From assembly GCF_000143415.4 (NCBI RefSeq), contig NW_003314262.1, positions 1,229,960 through 1,293,959 on the forward strand: a DNA stretch of 64,000 nucleotides. Reading direction: 5' to 3'. Below the pieces are notes generated by a model. The model was not told where the DNA came from, made no database searches, and worked only from the letters and a program-made list of their open reading frames with translations. The position numbers and the translations under genes were made by a program. This document shows, piece by piece, positions 34,468 through 46,365 of the stretch (its first letter is position 1; each line of letters starts with the position of its first letter). The DNA comes from Selaginella moellendorffii (lineage: Eukaryota > Plantae > Lycopodiophyta).

Positions 34468-35403
34468 TTACCGATAGAGAGAGTTTGAAGAGCTTGAAAA
34501 CCTGTAATGTGGTTTTGGAAATTCTTGGTTATTGGTAGGCTTGTAAAGGATCTGGGTGAACCAGATAACCTTTAGTGTATGAGCTCCATAGATCTCATAC
34601 ACCCTCTGCTCCGACCACGAGTCGGGAGCTGTGGCACTTGCTGCTATGCGCTTGGCGACGAGGCTTGACAGGAATGCCTTGGCATTCTTTTCACCAAGGT
34701 GCCCCACACCAACTGGCTGCCACTGCTCAACGTCTGCGTGACTCTGGAACCACTGCCAAAAAAAGTCGTCGCAGGTGGACATAATCACAACCCCAGTCCA
34801 GTCTTGCTTGGTCATGGCTGGGAAACATCCCAGGAGGGTGCCTACATCCTGGTCAGACCACCGCTTCAGCCTGTCAGCTTCATCGATGACAAAAATTGGC
34901 CTCCTATGCTGGTTTTCAGCCGCTAGGCTCATAAACCAACTCATGACAGAGCCCAAGTCCTTCACTGGCTTCGCTTTTAACAGCTCTAGAAAGCTCGATG
35001 CATCAAGGTTTACGCCCTTGAACGTCAGCTTCTTCAGATCGACACTGACACCTCCGATCGTCTTCAAAAGGGCCGCTGCCACATCTTTGAGCCAAAAAGC
35101 CCAAGCTCGCATCTGTCTTGCAATCTGTGCAGCAGCCAGCTCCGGAGAACTGAAGTCCGCAGCCCTCATGTCCATGTAGAAGAGCGGCAACTGGGCTTTC
35201 AGCAGAGGGTTGGCATCCCACATCTTCCTGAGCTGCTTGAGCAGAGCAGACTTGCCTGAATTGTTGGGGCCTATCACTACAGCGATGCGGTTGAAGCCTT
35301 CCTCAATATGTGTGAGCAGATCAGTCATCTCTTCGTGCCTATCAATGAAACCCTCGTCGTCGTTGAGCGACTTCTTCAGCTCCCTCACCGCTTCAGCCGC
35401 CAT
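34468..35403 (-). CDS. Array unit 17, longest form of the truncated ATPase (311 aa)
   Basis: Native ATG, FIDR motif, GPNNSGKS, VIDEA, 38-aa new tail. Confidence 0.65.
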   Translation of the reverse strand: MAAEAVRELKKSLNDDEGFIDRHEEMTDLLTHIEEGFNRIAVVIGPNNSGKSALLKQLRKMWDANPLLKAQLPLFYMDMRAADFSSPELAAAQIARQMRAWAFWLKDVAAALLKTIGGVSVDLKKLTFKGVNLDASSFLELLKAKPVKDLGSVMSWFMSLAAENQHRRPIFVIDEADRLKRWSDQDVGTLLGCFPAMTKQDWTGVVIMSTCDDFFWQWFQSHADVEQWQPVGVGHLGEKNAKAFLSSLVAKRIAASATAPDSWSEQRVYEIYGAHTLKVIWFTQILYKPTNNQEFPKPHYRFSSSSNSLYR

Positions 35404-35756
35404 AGCCGCCAAACCCTAAAATGTGTTAAACCTAAAGTCGCCCGTTACGTGGTACCAATTTGGTACCAGAGAGACTAGTTGACTGTTTTAATTTTCCTTA
35501 GTTTATTTTCAAACAGATGAACTGCGAGATGGGACGTCAACTCAAAACATGTTGGAAGATCCAGATTCCTTGCTGGCTACAAGTTGTTGTAAGCTAAACA
35601 AATGCTAATCTGTAGGAAAAGTTTTTCTTCCCGGCTAACTAGAGAACCTGACTGAAACTCTGGAGAACTAATTTACCGATAGAGAGAGTTTGAAGAGCTT
35701 GAAAACCTGTAATGTGGGTTTGGAAATTCTTGGTTATTGGTAGGCTCGTAAAGGCT

Positions 35757-36533
35757 CTAGGTGAACCAGATAACCTTTAGTGTATGAGCTCCACAGATCT
35801 CATACACCCTCTGCTCCGACCACGAGTCGGGAGCTGTGGCACTTGCTGCTATGCGCTTGGCAACGAGGCTTGACAGGAATGCCTTGGCGTTCTTTTCACC
35901 AAGGTGCCGCACACCAACTGGCTGCCACTGCTCAACGTCTGCGTGACTCTGGAACCACTGCCAAAAAAAGTCGTCGCAGGTGGACATAATCACAACCCCA
36001 GTCCAGTCTTCCTTGGTCATGGCTAGGAAACATCCCAGGAGTGTGCCTACATCCTGGTCGGACCACCGCTTCAGCCTGTCAGCTTCATCGATGACAAAAA
36101 TTGGCCTCCTATGCTGGTTTTCAGCCGCTAGGCTCATAAACCAACTCATGACAGAGCCCAAGTCCTTCACTGGCTCCGCTTTTAACAGCTCTAGAAAGCT
36201 CGATGCATCAAGGTTTACGCCCTTGAACGTCAGCTTCTTGAGATCGACACTGACACCTCCGATCGTCTTCAGAAGGGCCGCTGCCACATCTTTGAGCCAA
36301 GAAGCCCAAGCTCGCATCTGTCTTGCAATCTGTGCAGCAGCCAGCTCCGGGGAACTGAAGTCCGCAGCCCTCATGTCCATGTAGAAGAGCGGCAACTGGG
36401 CTTTCAGCAGAGGGTTGGCATCCCACATCTTCCTGAGCTGCTTGAGCAGAGCAGACTTGCCTGAATTGTTGGGGCCTATCACTACAGCGATGCAGTTGAA
36501 GCCTTCCTCAATATGTGTGAGCAGATCAGTCAT
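35757..36533 (-). CDS. Array unit 18, truncated ATPase (258 aa)
   Basis: Open core, ends WFT*. Confidence 0.5.
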   Translation of the reverse strand: MTDLLTHIEEGFNCIAVVIGPNNSGKSALLKQLRKMWDANPLLKAQLPLFYMDMRAADFSSPELAAAQIARQMRAWASWLKDVAAALLKTIGGVSVDLKKLTFKGVNLDASSFLELLKAEPVKDLGSVMSWFMSLAAENQHRRPIFVIDEADRLKRWSDQDVGTLLGCFLAMTKEDWTGVVIMSTCDDFFWQWFQSHADVEQWQPVGVRHLGEKNAKAFLSSLVAKRIAASATAPDSWSEQRVYEICGAHTLKVIWFT

Positions 36534-36993
36534 CTCTTCGTGCCTATCAAAGAAGAAATGACTGATCGTCGTCGTTGAGCGACTTCTTCGTCATCATCAT
36601 TGAGCGACTTCTTCAGCTCCCTCACCGCTTCAGCCACCATAGCCGCCAAACCCTAAAATGTGTTAAACCTAAAGTCGCCCGTTACGTGGTTCCAATTTGG
36701 TATCAGAGAGACTAGTTGACTGTTTTAATTTTCTTTAGTTTATTTTCAAATAGATGAGCTATGAAATGGGACATCAACTCAAAACATGTTGGAAGATCCA
36801 GATTCCTTGCTGGCTACAAGTTGTTGTAAGCTAAACAAATGCTAATCTGTAGGAAGAGTTTTTCTTCCCGGCTAACTAGAGAACCTGACTGAAACTCTGG
36901 AGAACTAATTTACCGATAGAGAGAGTTTGAAGAGCTTGAAAACCTGTAATGTGGGTTTGGAAATTCTTGGTTATTGGTAGGCTCGTAAAGGCT

Positions 36994-37845
36994 CTAGGTG
37001 AACCAGATAACCTTTAGTGTATGAGCTCCACAGATCTCATACACCCTCTGCTCCGACCACGAGTCGGGAGCTGTGGCACTTGCTGCTATGCGCTTGGCGA
37101 CGAGGCTTGACAGGAATGCCTTGGCGTTCTTTTCACCAAGGTGCCCCACACCAACTGGCTTCCACTGCTCAACGTCTGTGTGACTCTTGAACCACTGCCA
37201 AAAAAAGTCGTCGCAGGTGGACATAATCACAACCCCAGTCCGGTCCTGCTTGGTGATGGCTATGAAACATCCCAGGAGGGTGCCTACATCCTGGTCGGAC
37301 CACCGCTTCAGCCTGTCAGCTTCATCGATGACAAAAATTGGCCTCCTATGCTGGTTTTCAGCCTCCAGGCTCATAAACCAACTCATGACAAAGCCCAAGT
37401 CCTTCACTGGCTCCGCTTTTAACAGCTCTAGAAAGCTCGATGCATCAAGGTTTACGCCCTTGAATGTCAGCTTCTTGAGATCGACACTGACACCTCCGAT
37501 CGTCTTCAGAAGGGCCGCTGCCACATCTTTGAGCCAAGAAGCCCAAGCTCGCATCTGTCTTGCAATCTGTGCAGCAGCCAGCTCCGGAGAACTGAAGTCC
37601 GCAGCCCTCATGTCCATGTAGAAGAGCGGCAACTGGGCTTTCAGCAGAGGGTTGGCATCCCACATCATCCTGAGCTGCTTGAGCAGAGCAAACTTGCCTG
37701 AATTGTTGGGGCCTATCACTACAGTGATGCGGTTGAAGCCTTCCTCAATATGTGTGAGCAGATCAGTCATCTCTTCGTGCCTATCAATGAAACCCTCGTC
37801 GTCGTTGAGCGACTTCTTCAGCTCCCTCACCGCTTCAGCCGCCAT
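36994..37845 (-). CDS. Array unit 19, native N-terminus (283 aa, Walker A GKF)
   Basis: 1205-bp type; ends WFT*. Confidence 0.5.
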   Translation of the reverse strand: MAAEAVRELKKSLNDDEGFIDRHEEMTDLLTHIEEGFNRITVVIGPNNSGKFALLKQLRMMWDANPLLKAQLPLFYMDMRAADFSSPELAAAQIARQMRAWASWLKDVAAALLKTIGGVSVDLKKLTFKGVNLDASSFLELLKAEPVKDLGFVMSWFMSLEAENQHRRPIFVIDEADRLKRWSDQDVGTLLGCFIAITKQDRTGVVIMSTCDDFFWQWFKSHTDVEQWKPVGVGHLGEKNAKAFLSSLVAKRIAASATAPDSWSEQRVYEICGAHTLKVIWFT

Positions 37846-38114
37846 AGCCGCCAAACCCTAAAATGTGTTAAACCTAAAGTCGCCCGTTACGTGGTACCAA
37901 TTTGGTACCAGAGAGACTAGTTGACTGTTTTAATTTTCCTTAGTTTATTTTCAAACAGATGAACTGCGAGATGGGACGTCAACTCAAAACATGTTGGAAG
38001 ATCCAGATTCCTTGCTGGCTACAAGTTGTTGTAAGCTAAATGAATGCTAATCCGTAGGAAGAGTTTTTCTTCCTGGCTAACTAGAGAACCTAACTGAAAC
38101 TCTGGAGAACTAAT

Positions 38115-39050
38115 TTACCGATAGAGAGAGTTTGAAGAGCTTGAAAACCTGTAATGTGGTTTTGGAAATTCTTGGTTATTGGTAGGCTTGTAAAGGCTCT
38201 GGGTGAACCAGATAACCTTTAGTGTATGAGCTCCATAGATCTCATACACCCTCTGCTCCGACCACGAGTCAGGAGCTGTGGCACTTGCTGCTATGCGCTT
38301 GGCAACAAGGCTTGACAGGAATGCCTTGGCGTTCTTTTCACCAAGGTGCCCCACACCAACTGGCTGCCACTGCTCAACGTCTGCGTGACTCTGGAACCAC
38401 TGCCAAAAAAAGTCGTCGCAGGTGGACATAATCACAACCCCAGTCCAGTCTTGCTTGGTCATGGCTGGGAAACATCCCAGGAGGGTGCCTACATCCTGGT
38501 CGGACCACCGCTTCAGCCTGTCAGCTTCATCGATGACAAAAATTGGCCTCCTATGCTGGTTTTCAGCCGCTAGGCTCATAAACCAACTCATGACAGAGCC
38601 CAAGTCCTTCACTGGCTCCGCTTTTAACAGCTCTAGAAAGCTCGATGCATCAAGGTTTACGCCCTTGAACGTCAGCTTCTTCAGATTGACACTGACACCT
38701 CCGATCGTCTTCAGAAGGGCCGCTGCCACATCTTTGAGCCAAGAAGCCCAAGCTCGCATCTGTCTTGCAATCTGTGCAGCAGCCAGCTCCGGGGAACTGA
38801 AGTCCGCAGCCCTCATGTCCATGTAGAAGAGCGGCAACTGGGCTTTCAGCAGAGGGTAGGCATCCCACATCTTCCTGAGCTGCTTGAGCAGAGCAGACTT
38901 GCCTGAATTGTTGGGGCCTATCACTACAGCGATGCGGTTGAAGCCTTCCTCAATATGTGTGAGCAGATCAGTCATCTCTTCGTGCCTATCAATGAAACCC
39001 TCGTCGTCGTTGAGCGACTTCTTCAGCTCCCTCACCGCTTCAGCCGCCAT
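38115..39050 (-). CDS. Array unit 20, longest form (311 aa)
   Basis: Native ATG, motifs intact. Confidence 0.65.
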   Translation of the reverse strand: MAAEAVRELKKSLNDDEGFIDRHEEMTDLLTHIEEGFNRIAVVIGPNNSGKSALLKQLRKMWDAYPLLKAQLPLFYMDMRAADFSSPELAAAQIARQMRAWASWLKDVAAALLKTIGGVSVNLKKLTFKGVNLDASSFLELLKAEPVKDLGSVMSWFMSLAAENQHRRPIFVIDEADRLKRWSDQDVGTLLGCFPAMTKQDWTGVVIMSTCDDFFWQWFQSHADVEQWQPVGVGHLGEKNAKAFLSSLVAKRIAASATAPDSWSEQRVYEIYGAHTLKVIWFTQSLYKPTNNQEFPKPHYRFSSSSNSLYR

Positions 39051-39319
39051 AGCCGCCAAACCCTAAAATCTGTTAAACCTAAAGTCGCCCGTTACGTGGT
39101 ACCAATTTGGTACCAGAGAGACTAGTTGACTGTTTTAATTTTCCTTAGTTTATTTTCAAACAGATGAACTGCGAGATGGGACTTCAACTCAAAACATGTT
39201 GGAAGATCCAAATTCCTTGCTGGCTACAAGTTGTTGTAAGCTAAATGAATGCTAATCCGTAGGAAGAGTTTTTCTTCCTGGCTAACTAGAGAACCTAACT
39301 GAAACTCTGGAGAACTAAT

Positions 39320-40180
39320 TTACCGATAGAGAGAGTTTGAAGGGCTTGAAAACCTGTAATGTGGTTTTGGAAATTCTTGGTTATTGGTAGGCTTGTAAAG
39401 GCTCTGGGTGAACCAGATAACCTTTAGTGTATGAGCTCCATAGATCTCATACACCCTCTGCTCCGACCACGAGTCGGGAGCTGTGGCACTTTCTGCTATG
39501 CGATTGGCAACGAGGCTTGACAGGAATGCCTTGGCGTTCTTTTCACCAAGGTGCCCCACACCAACTGGCTGCCACTGCTCAACGTCTGCGTTACTCTGGA
39601 ACCACTGCCAAAAATAGTCGTCGCAGGTGGACATAATCACAACCCCAGTCCAATCTTGCTTGGTCATGGCTGGGAAACATCCCAGGAGGGTGCCTACATC
39701 CTGGTCGGACCACCGCTTCAGCCTGTCAACTTCATCGATGACAAAAATTGGCCTCCTATGCTGGTTTTCAGCCGCTAAGCTCATAAACCAACTCATGACA
39801 GAGCCCAAGTCCTTCACTGGCTCCGCTTTTAACAGCTCTAGAAAGCTCGATGCATCAAGGTTTACGCCCTTGAACGTCAGCTTCTTCAGATTGACACTGA
39901 CACCTCCAATCGTCTTCAGAAGGGCCGCTGCCACATCTTTGAGCCAAGAAGCCCAAGCTCGCATCTGTCTTGCAATCTGTGCAGCAGCCAGCTCCGGGGA
40001 ACTGAAGTCCGCAGCCCTCATGTCCATGTAGAAGAGCGGCAACTGGGCTTTCAGCAGAGGGTTGGCATCCCACATCTTCCTGAGCTGCTTGAGCAGAGCA
40101 GACTTGCCTGAATTGTTGGGGCCTATCACTACAGCGATGCAGTTGAAGCTTTCCTCAATATGTGTGAGCAGATCAGTCAT
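39320..40180 (-). CDS. Array unit 21, truncated ATPase (286 aa)
   Basis: Open ORF. Confidence 0.55.
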   Translation of the reverse strand: MTDLLTHIEESFNCIAVVIGPNNSGKSALLKQLRKMWDANPLLKAQLPLFYMDMRAADFSSPELAAAQIARQMRAWASWLKDVAAALLKTIGGVSVNLKKLTFKGVNLDASSFLELLKAEPVKDLGSVMSWFMSLAAENQHRRPIFVIDEVDRLKRWSDQDVGTLLGCFPAMTKQDWTGVVIMSTCDDYFWQWFQSNADVEQWQPVGVGHLGEKNAKAFLSSLVANRIAESATAPDSWSEQRVYEIYGAHTLKVIWFTQSLYKPTNNQEFPKPHYRFSSPSNSLYR

Positions 40181-40556
40181 CTCTTCGTGCCTATCAAAGA
40201 AGAAATGACTGATCGTCGTCGTTGAGCGATTTCTTCGTCATCATCATTGAGCGACTTCTTCAGCTCCCTCACCGCTTCAGCCACCATAGCCGCCAAACCC
40301 TAAAATGTGTTAAACCTAAAGTCGCCCGTTACGTGGTACCAATTTGGTATCAGAGAGACTAGTTGACTATTTTAATTTTCTTTAGTTTATTTTCAAACAG
40401 ATGAGCTGTGAAATGGGACATCAACTCAAAACATGTTGGAAGATCCAGATTCCTTGCTGGCTACAAGTTGTTGTAAGCTAAACAAATGCTAATCTGTAGG
40501 AAGAGTTTTTCTTCCTGGCTAACTAGAGAACCTGACCGAAACTCTGGAGAACTAAT

Positions 40557-41417
40557 TTACCGATAGAGAGAGTTTGAAGAGCTTGAAAACCTGTAATGTG
40601 GGTTTGGAAATTCTTGGTTATTGGTAGGCTCGTAAAGGCTCTGGGTGAACCAGATAACCTTTAGTGTATGAGCTCCACAGATCTCATACACCCTCTGCTC
40701 CGAACACGAGTCGGGAGCTGTGGCACTTGCTGCTATGCGCTTGGCGACGAGGCTTGACAGGAATGCCTTGGCGTTCTTTTCACCAAGGTGCCCCACACCA
40801 ACTGGCTGCCACTGCTCAACGTCTGCGTTACTCTGGAACCACTGCCAAAAAAAGTCGTCGCAGGTGGACATAATCACAACCCCAGTCCAGTCTTGCTTGG
40901 TCATGGCTGGGAAACATCCCAGGAGGGTGCCTACATCCTGGTCGGACCACCGCTTCAGCCTGTCAACTTCATCGATGACAAAAATTGGCCTCCTATGCTG
41001 GTTTTCAGCCGCTAGGCTCATAAACCAACTCATGACAGAGCCCAAGTCCTTCACTGGCTCCGCTTTTAACAGCTCTAGAAAGCTCGATGCATCAAGGTTT
41101 ACGCCCTTGAACGTCAGCTTCTTCAGATTGACACTGACACCTCCGATCGTCTTCAGAAGGGCCGCTGCCACATCTTTGAGCCAAGAAGCCCAAGCTCGCA
41201 TCTGTCTTGCAATCTGTGCAGCAGCCAGCTCCGGGGAACTGAAGTCCGCAGCCCTCATGTCCATGTAGAAGAGCGGCAACTGGGCTTTCAGCAGAGGGTT
41301 GGCATCCCACATCTTCCTGAGCTGCTTGAGCAGAGCAGACTTGCCTGAATTGTTGGGGCCTATCACTACAGCGATGCGGTTGAAGCTTTCCTCAATATGT
41401 GTGAGCAGATCAGTCAT
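40557..41417 (-). CDS. Array unit 22, truncated ATPase (286 aa)
   Basis: Open ORF. Confidence 0.55.
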   Translation of the reverse strand: MTDLLTHIEESFNRIAVVIGPNNSGKSALLKQLRKMWDANPLLKAQLPLFYMDMRAADFSSPELAAAQIARQMRAWASWLKDVAAALLKTIGGVSVNLKKLTFKGVNLDASSFLELLKAEPVKDLGSVMSWFMSLAAENQHRRPIFVIDEVDRLKRWSDQDVGTLLGCFPAMTKQDWTGVVIMSTCDDFFWQWFQSNADVEQWQPVGVGHLGEKNAKAFLSSLVAKRIAASATAPDSCSEQRVYEICGAHTLKVIWFTQSLYEPTNNQEFPNPHYRFSSSSNSLYR

Positions 41418-41793
41418 CTCTTCGTGCCTATCAAAGAAGAAATGACTGATCGTCGTCGTTGAGCGACTTCTTCGTCATCATCATTGAGCGACTTCTTCAG
41501 CTCCCTCACCGCTTCAGCCGCCATAGCCGCCAAACCCTAAAATGTGTTAAACCTAAAGTCGCCCGTTACGTGGTACCAATTTGGTACCAGAGAGACTAGT
41601 TGACTGTTTTAATTTTCCTTAGTTTATTTTCAAACAGATGAACTGCGAGATGGGACGTCAACTCAAAACATGTTGGAAGATCCAGATTCCTTGCTGGCTA
41701 CAAGTTGTTGTAAGCTAAATGAATGCTAATCTGTAGGAAGAGTTTTTCTTCCTGGCTAACTAGAGAACCTGACTGAAACTCTGGATAACTAAT

Positions 41794-42654
41794 TTACCGA
41801 TAGAGAGAGTTTGAAGAGCTTGAAAACCTGTAATGTGGGTTTGGAAATTCTTGGTTATTGGTAGGCTCGTAAAGGCTCTGGGTGAACCAGATAACCTTTA
41901 GTGTATGAGCTCCACAGATCTCATACACCCTCTGCTCCGAACACGAGTCGGGAGCTGTGGCACTTGCTGCTATGCGCTTGGCGACGAGGCTTGACAGGAA
42001 TGCCTTGGCGTTCTTTTCACCAAGGTGCCCCACACCAACTGGCTGCCACTGCTCAACGTCTGTGTGACTCTGGAACCACTGCCAAAAATAGTCGTCGCAG
42101 GTGGACATAATCACAACCCCAGTCCAGTCTTGCTTGGTCATGGCTGGGAAACATCCCAGGAGGGTGCCTACATCCTGGTCGGACCACCGCTTCAGCCTGT
42201 CAGCTTCATCGATGACAAAAATTGGCCTCCTATGCTGGTTTTCAGCCACTAGGCTCATAAACCAACTCATGACAGAGCCCAAGTCCTTCACTGGCTCCGC
42301 TTTTAACAGCTCTAGAAAGCTCGATGCATCAAGGTTTACGCCCTTGAACGTCAGCTTCTTCAGATTGACACTGACACCTCCAATCGTCTTCAGAAGGGCC
42401 GCTGCCACATCTTTGAGCCAAGAAGCCCAAGCTCGCATCTGTCTTGCAATCTGTGCAGCAGCCAGCTCCGGGGAACTGAAGTCCGCAGCCCTCATGTCCA
42501 TGTAGAAGAGCGGCAACTGGGCTTTCAGCAGAGGGTTGGCATCCCACATCTTCCTGAGCTGCTTGAGCAGAGCAGACTTGCCTGAATTGTTGGGGCCTAT
42601 CACTACAGCGATGCAGTTGAAGCCTTCCTCAATATGTGTGAGCAGATCAGTCAT
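41794..42654 (-). CDS. Array unit 23, truncated ATPase (286 aa)
   Basis: Open ORF. Confidence 0.55.
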   Translation of the reverse strand: MTDLLTHIEEGFNCIAVVIGPNNSGKSALLKQLRKMWDANPLLKAQLPLFYMDMRAADFSSPELAAAQIARQMRAWASWLKDVAAALLKTIGGVSVNLKKLTFKGVNLDASSFLELLKAEPVKDLGSVMSWFMSLVAENQHRRPIFVIDEADRLKRWSDQDVGTLLGCFPAMTKQDWTGVVIMSTCDDYFWQWFQSHTDVEQWQPVGVGHLGEKNAKAFLSSLVAKRIAASATAPDSCSEQRVYEICGAHTLKVIWFTQSLYEPTNNQEFPNPHYRFSSSSNSLYR

Positions 42655-43030
42655 CTCTTCGTGCCTATCAAAGAAGAAATGACTGATCGTCGTCGTTGAG
42701 CGACTTCTTCGTCATCATCATTGAGCGACTTCTTCAGCTCCCTCACCGCTTCAGCCGCCATAGCCGCCAAACCCTAAAATGTGTTAAACCTAAAGTCGCC
42801 CGTTACGTGGTTCCAATTTGGTATCAGAGAGACTAGTTGACTGTTTTAATTTTCCTTAGTTTATTTTCAAACAGATGAGCTGTGAAATGGGACATCAACT
42901 CAAAACATGTTGGAAGATCCAGATTCCTTGCTGGCTACAAGTTGTTGTAAGCTAAATGAATGCTAATCCTTAGGAAGAGTTTTTCTTCCTGGCTAACTAG
43001 AGAACCTAACTGAAACTCTGGAGAACTAAT

Positions 43031-43891
43031 TTACCGATAGAGAGAGTTTGAAGGGCTTGAAAACCTGTAATGTGGTTTTGGAAATTCTTGGTTATTGGTA
43101 GGCTTGTAAAGGCTCTGGGTGAACCAGATAACCTTTAGTGTATGAGCTCCATAGATCTCATACACCCTCTGCTCCGACCACGAGTCGGGAGCTGTGGCAC
43201 TTGCTGCTATGCGCTTGGCGACGAGGCTTGACAGGAATGCCTTGGCGTTCTTTTCACCAAGGTGCCCCACACCAACTGGCTGCCACTGCTCAACGTCTGC
43301 GTTACTCTGGAACCACTGCCAAAAATAGTCGTCGCAGGTGGACATAATCACAACCCCAGTCCAGTCTTGCTTGGTCATGGCTGGGAAACATCCCAGGAGG
43401 GTGCCTACATCCTGGTCGGACCACCGCTTCAGCCTGTCAACTTCATCGATGACAAAAATTGGCCTCCTATGCTAGTTTTCAGCCGCTAAGCTCATAAACC
43501 AACTCATGACAGAGCCCAAGTCCTTCACTGGCTCCGCTTTTAACAGCTCTAGAAAGCTCGATGCATCAAGGTTTACGCCCTTGAACGTCAGCTTCTTCAG
43601 ATTGACACTGACACCTCCAATCGTCTTCAAAAGGGCCGCTGCCACATCTTTGAGCCAAGAAGCCCAAGCTCGCATCTGTCTTGCAATCTGTGCAGCAGCC
43701 AGCTCCGGGGAACTGAAGTCCGCAGCCCTCATGTCCATGTAGAAGAGCGGCAACTGGGCTTTCAGCAGAGGGTTGGCATCCCACATCTTCCTGAGCTGCT
43801 TGAGCAGAGCAGACTTGCCTGAATTGTTGGGGCCTATCACTACAGCGATGCGGTTGAAGCCTTCCTCAATATGTGTGAGCAGATCAGTCAT
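43031..43891 (-). pseudogene. Array unit 24; Q>stop before Walker B
   Basis: TAG at 43472. Confidence 0.75.
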
Positions 43892-44267
43892 CTCTTCGTG
43901 CCTATCAAAGAAGAAATGACTGATCGTCGTCGTTGAGCGACTTCTTCGTCATCATCATTGAGCGACTTCTTCAGCTCCCTCACCGCTTCAGCCACCATAG
44001 CCGCCAAACCCTAAAATGTGTTAAACCTAAAGTCGCCCGTTACGTGGTTCCAATTTGGTATCAGAGAGACTAGTTGACTTTTTTTATTTTTTTTAGTTTA
44101 TTTTCAAACAGATGAGCTGTGAAATGGGACATCAACTCAAAACATGTTGGAAGATCCAGATTCCTTGCTGGCTACAAGTTGTTGTAAGCTAAACAAATGC
44201 TCATCTGTAGGAAGAGTTTTTCTTCCTGGCTAACTAGAGAACCTGACTGAAACTCTGGATAACTAAT

Positions 44268-45128
44268 TTACCGATAGAGAGATTTTGAAGAGCTTGAAAA
44301 CCTGTAATGTGGGTTTGGAAATTCTTGGTTATTGGTAGGCTCGTAAAGGCTCTGGGTGAACCAGATAACCTTTAGTGTATGAGCTCCACAGATCTCATAC
44401 ACCCTCTGCTCCGACCACGAGTCGGGAGCTGTGGCACTTGCTGCTATGCGCTTGGCAACGAGGCTTGACAGGAATGCCTTGGCGTTCTTTTCACCAAGGT
44501 GCCCCACACCAACTGGCTGCCACTGCTCAACGTCTGCGTTACTCTGGAACCACTGCCAAAAATAGTCGTCGCAGGTGGACATAATCACAACCCCAGTCCA
44601 GTCTTGCTTGGTCATGGCTGGGAAACATCCCAGGAGGGTGCCTACATCCTGGTCGGACCACCGCTTCAGCCTGTCAACTTCATCGATGACAAAAATTGGC
44701 CTCCTATGCTGGTTTTCAGCCGCTAGGCTCATAAACCAACTCATGACAGAGCCCAAGTCCTTCACTGGCTCCGCTTTTAACAGCTCTAGAAAGCTCGATG
44801 CATCAAGGTTTACGCCCTTGAACGTCAGCTTCTTCAGATTGACACTGACACCTCCGATCGTCTTCAGAAGGGCCGCTGCCACATCTTTGAGCCAAGAAGC
44901 CCAAGCTCGCATCTGTCTTGCTATCTGTGCAGCAGCCAGCTCCGGGGAACTGAAGTCCGCAGCCCTCATGTCCATGTAGAAGAGCGGCAACTGGGCTTTC
45001 AGCAGAGGGTTGGCATCCCACATCTTCCTGAGCTGCTTGAGCAGAGCAGACTTGCCTGAATTGTTGGGTCCTATCACTACAGCGATGCAGTTGAAGCTTT
45101 CCTCAATATGTGTGAGCAGATCAGTCAT
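44268..45128 (-). CDS. Array unit 25, truncated ATPase (286 aa)
   Basis: Open ORF. Confidence 0.55.
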   Translation of the reverse strand: MTDLLTHIEESFNCIAVVIGPNNSGKSALLKQLRKMWDANPLLKAQLPLFYMDMRAADFSSPELAAAQIARQMRAWASWLKDVAAALLKTIGGVSVNLKKLTFKGVNLDASSFLELLKAEPVKDLGSVMSWFMSLAAENQHRRPIFVIDEVDRLKRWSDQDVGTLLGCFPAMTKQDWTGVVIMSTCDDYFWQWFQSNADVEQWQPVGVGHLGEKNAKAFLSSLVAKRIAASATAPDSWSEQRVYEICGAHTLKVIWFTQSLYEPTNNQEFPNPHYRFSSSSKSLYR

Positions 45129-45504
45129 CTCTTCGTGCCTATCAAAGAAGAAATGACTGATCGTCGTCGTTGAGCGACTTCTTCGTCATCATCATTGAGC
45201 GACTTCTTCAGCTCCCTCACCGCTTCAGCCGCCATAGCCGCCAAACCCTAAAATGTGTTAAACCTAAAGTCGCCCGTTACGTGGTACCAATTTGGTACCA
45301 GAGAGACTAGTTGACTGTTTTAATTTTCCTTAGTTTATTTTCAAACAGATGAACTGCGAGATGGGACGTCAACTCAAAACATGTTGGAAGATCCAGATTC
45401 CTTGCTGGCTACAAGTTGTTGTAAGCTAAATGAATGCTAATCCTTAGGAAGAGTTTTTCTTCCTGGCTAACTAGAGAACCTAACTGAAACTCTGGAGAAC
45501 TAAT

Positions 45505-46365
45505 TTACCGATAGAGAGAGTTTGAAGGGCTTGAAAACCTGTAATGTGGGTTTGGAAATTCTTGGTTATTGGTAGGCTTGTAAAGGCTCTGGGTGAACCA
45601 GATAACCTTTAGTGTATGAGCTCCATAGATCTCATACACCCTCTGCTCCGACCACGAGTCGGGAGCTGTGGCACTTGCTGCTATGCGCTTGGCGACGAGG
45701 CTTGACAGGAATGCCTTGGCGTTCTTTTCACCAAGGTGCCCCACACCAACTGGCTGCCACTGCTCAACGTCTGCGTTACTCTGGAACCACTGCCAAAAAT
45801 AGTCGTCGCAGGTGGACATAATCACAACCCCAGTCCAGTCTTGCTTGGTCATGGCTGGGAAACATCCCAGGAGGGTGCCTACATCCTGGTCGGACCACCG
45901 CTTCAGCCTGTCAGCTTCATCGATGACAAAAATTGGCCTCCTATGCTGGATTTCAGCCGCTAAGCTCATAAACTAACTCATGACAGAGCCCAAGTCCTTC
46001 ACTGGCTCCGCTTTTAACAGCTCTAGAAAGCTCGATGCATCAAGGTTTACGCCCTTGAACGTCAGCTTCTTCAGATTGACACTGACACCTCCGATCGTCT
46101 TCAGAAGGGCCGCTGCCACATCTTTGAGCCAAGAAGCCCAAGCTCGCATCTGTCTTGCAATCTGTGCAGCAGCCAGCTCCGGGGAACTGAAGTCCGCAGC
46201 CCTCATGTCCATGTAGAAGAGCGGCAACTGGGCTTTCAGCAGAGGGTTGGCATCCCACATCTTCCTGAGCTGCTTGAGCAGAGCAGACTTGCCTGAATTG
46301 TTGGGGCCTATCACTACAGCGATGCAGTTGAAGCCTTCCTCAATATGTGTGAGCAGATCAGTCAT
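45505..46365 (-). pseudogene. Array unit 26; internal W>stop
   Basis: TAG at 45973. Confidence 0.75.
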
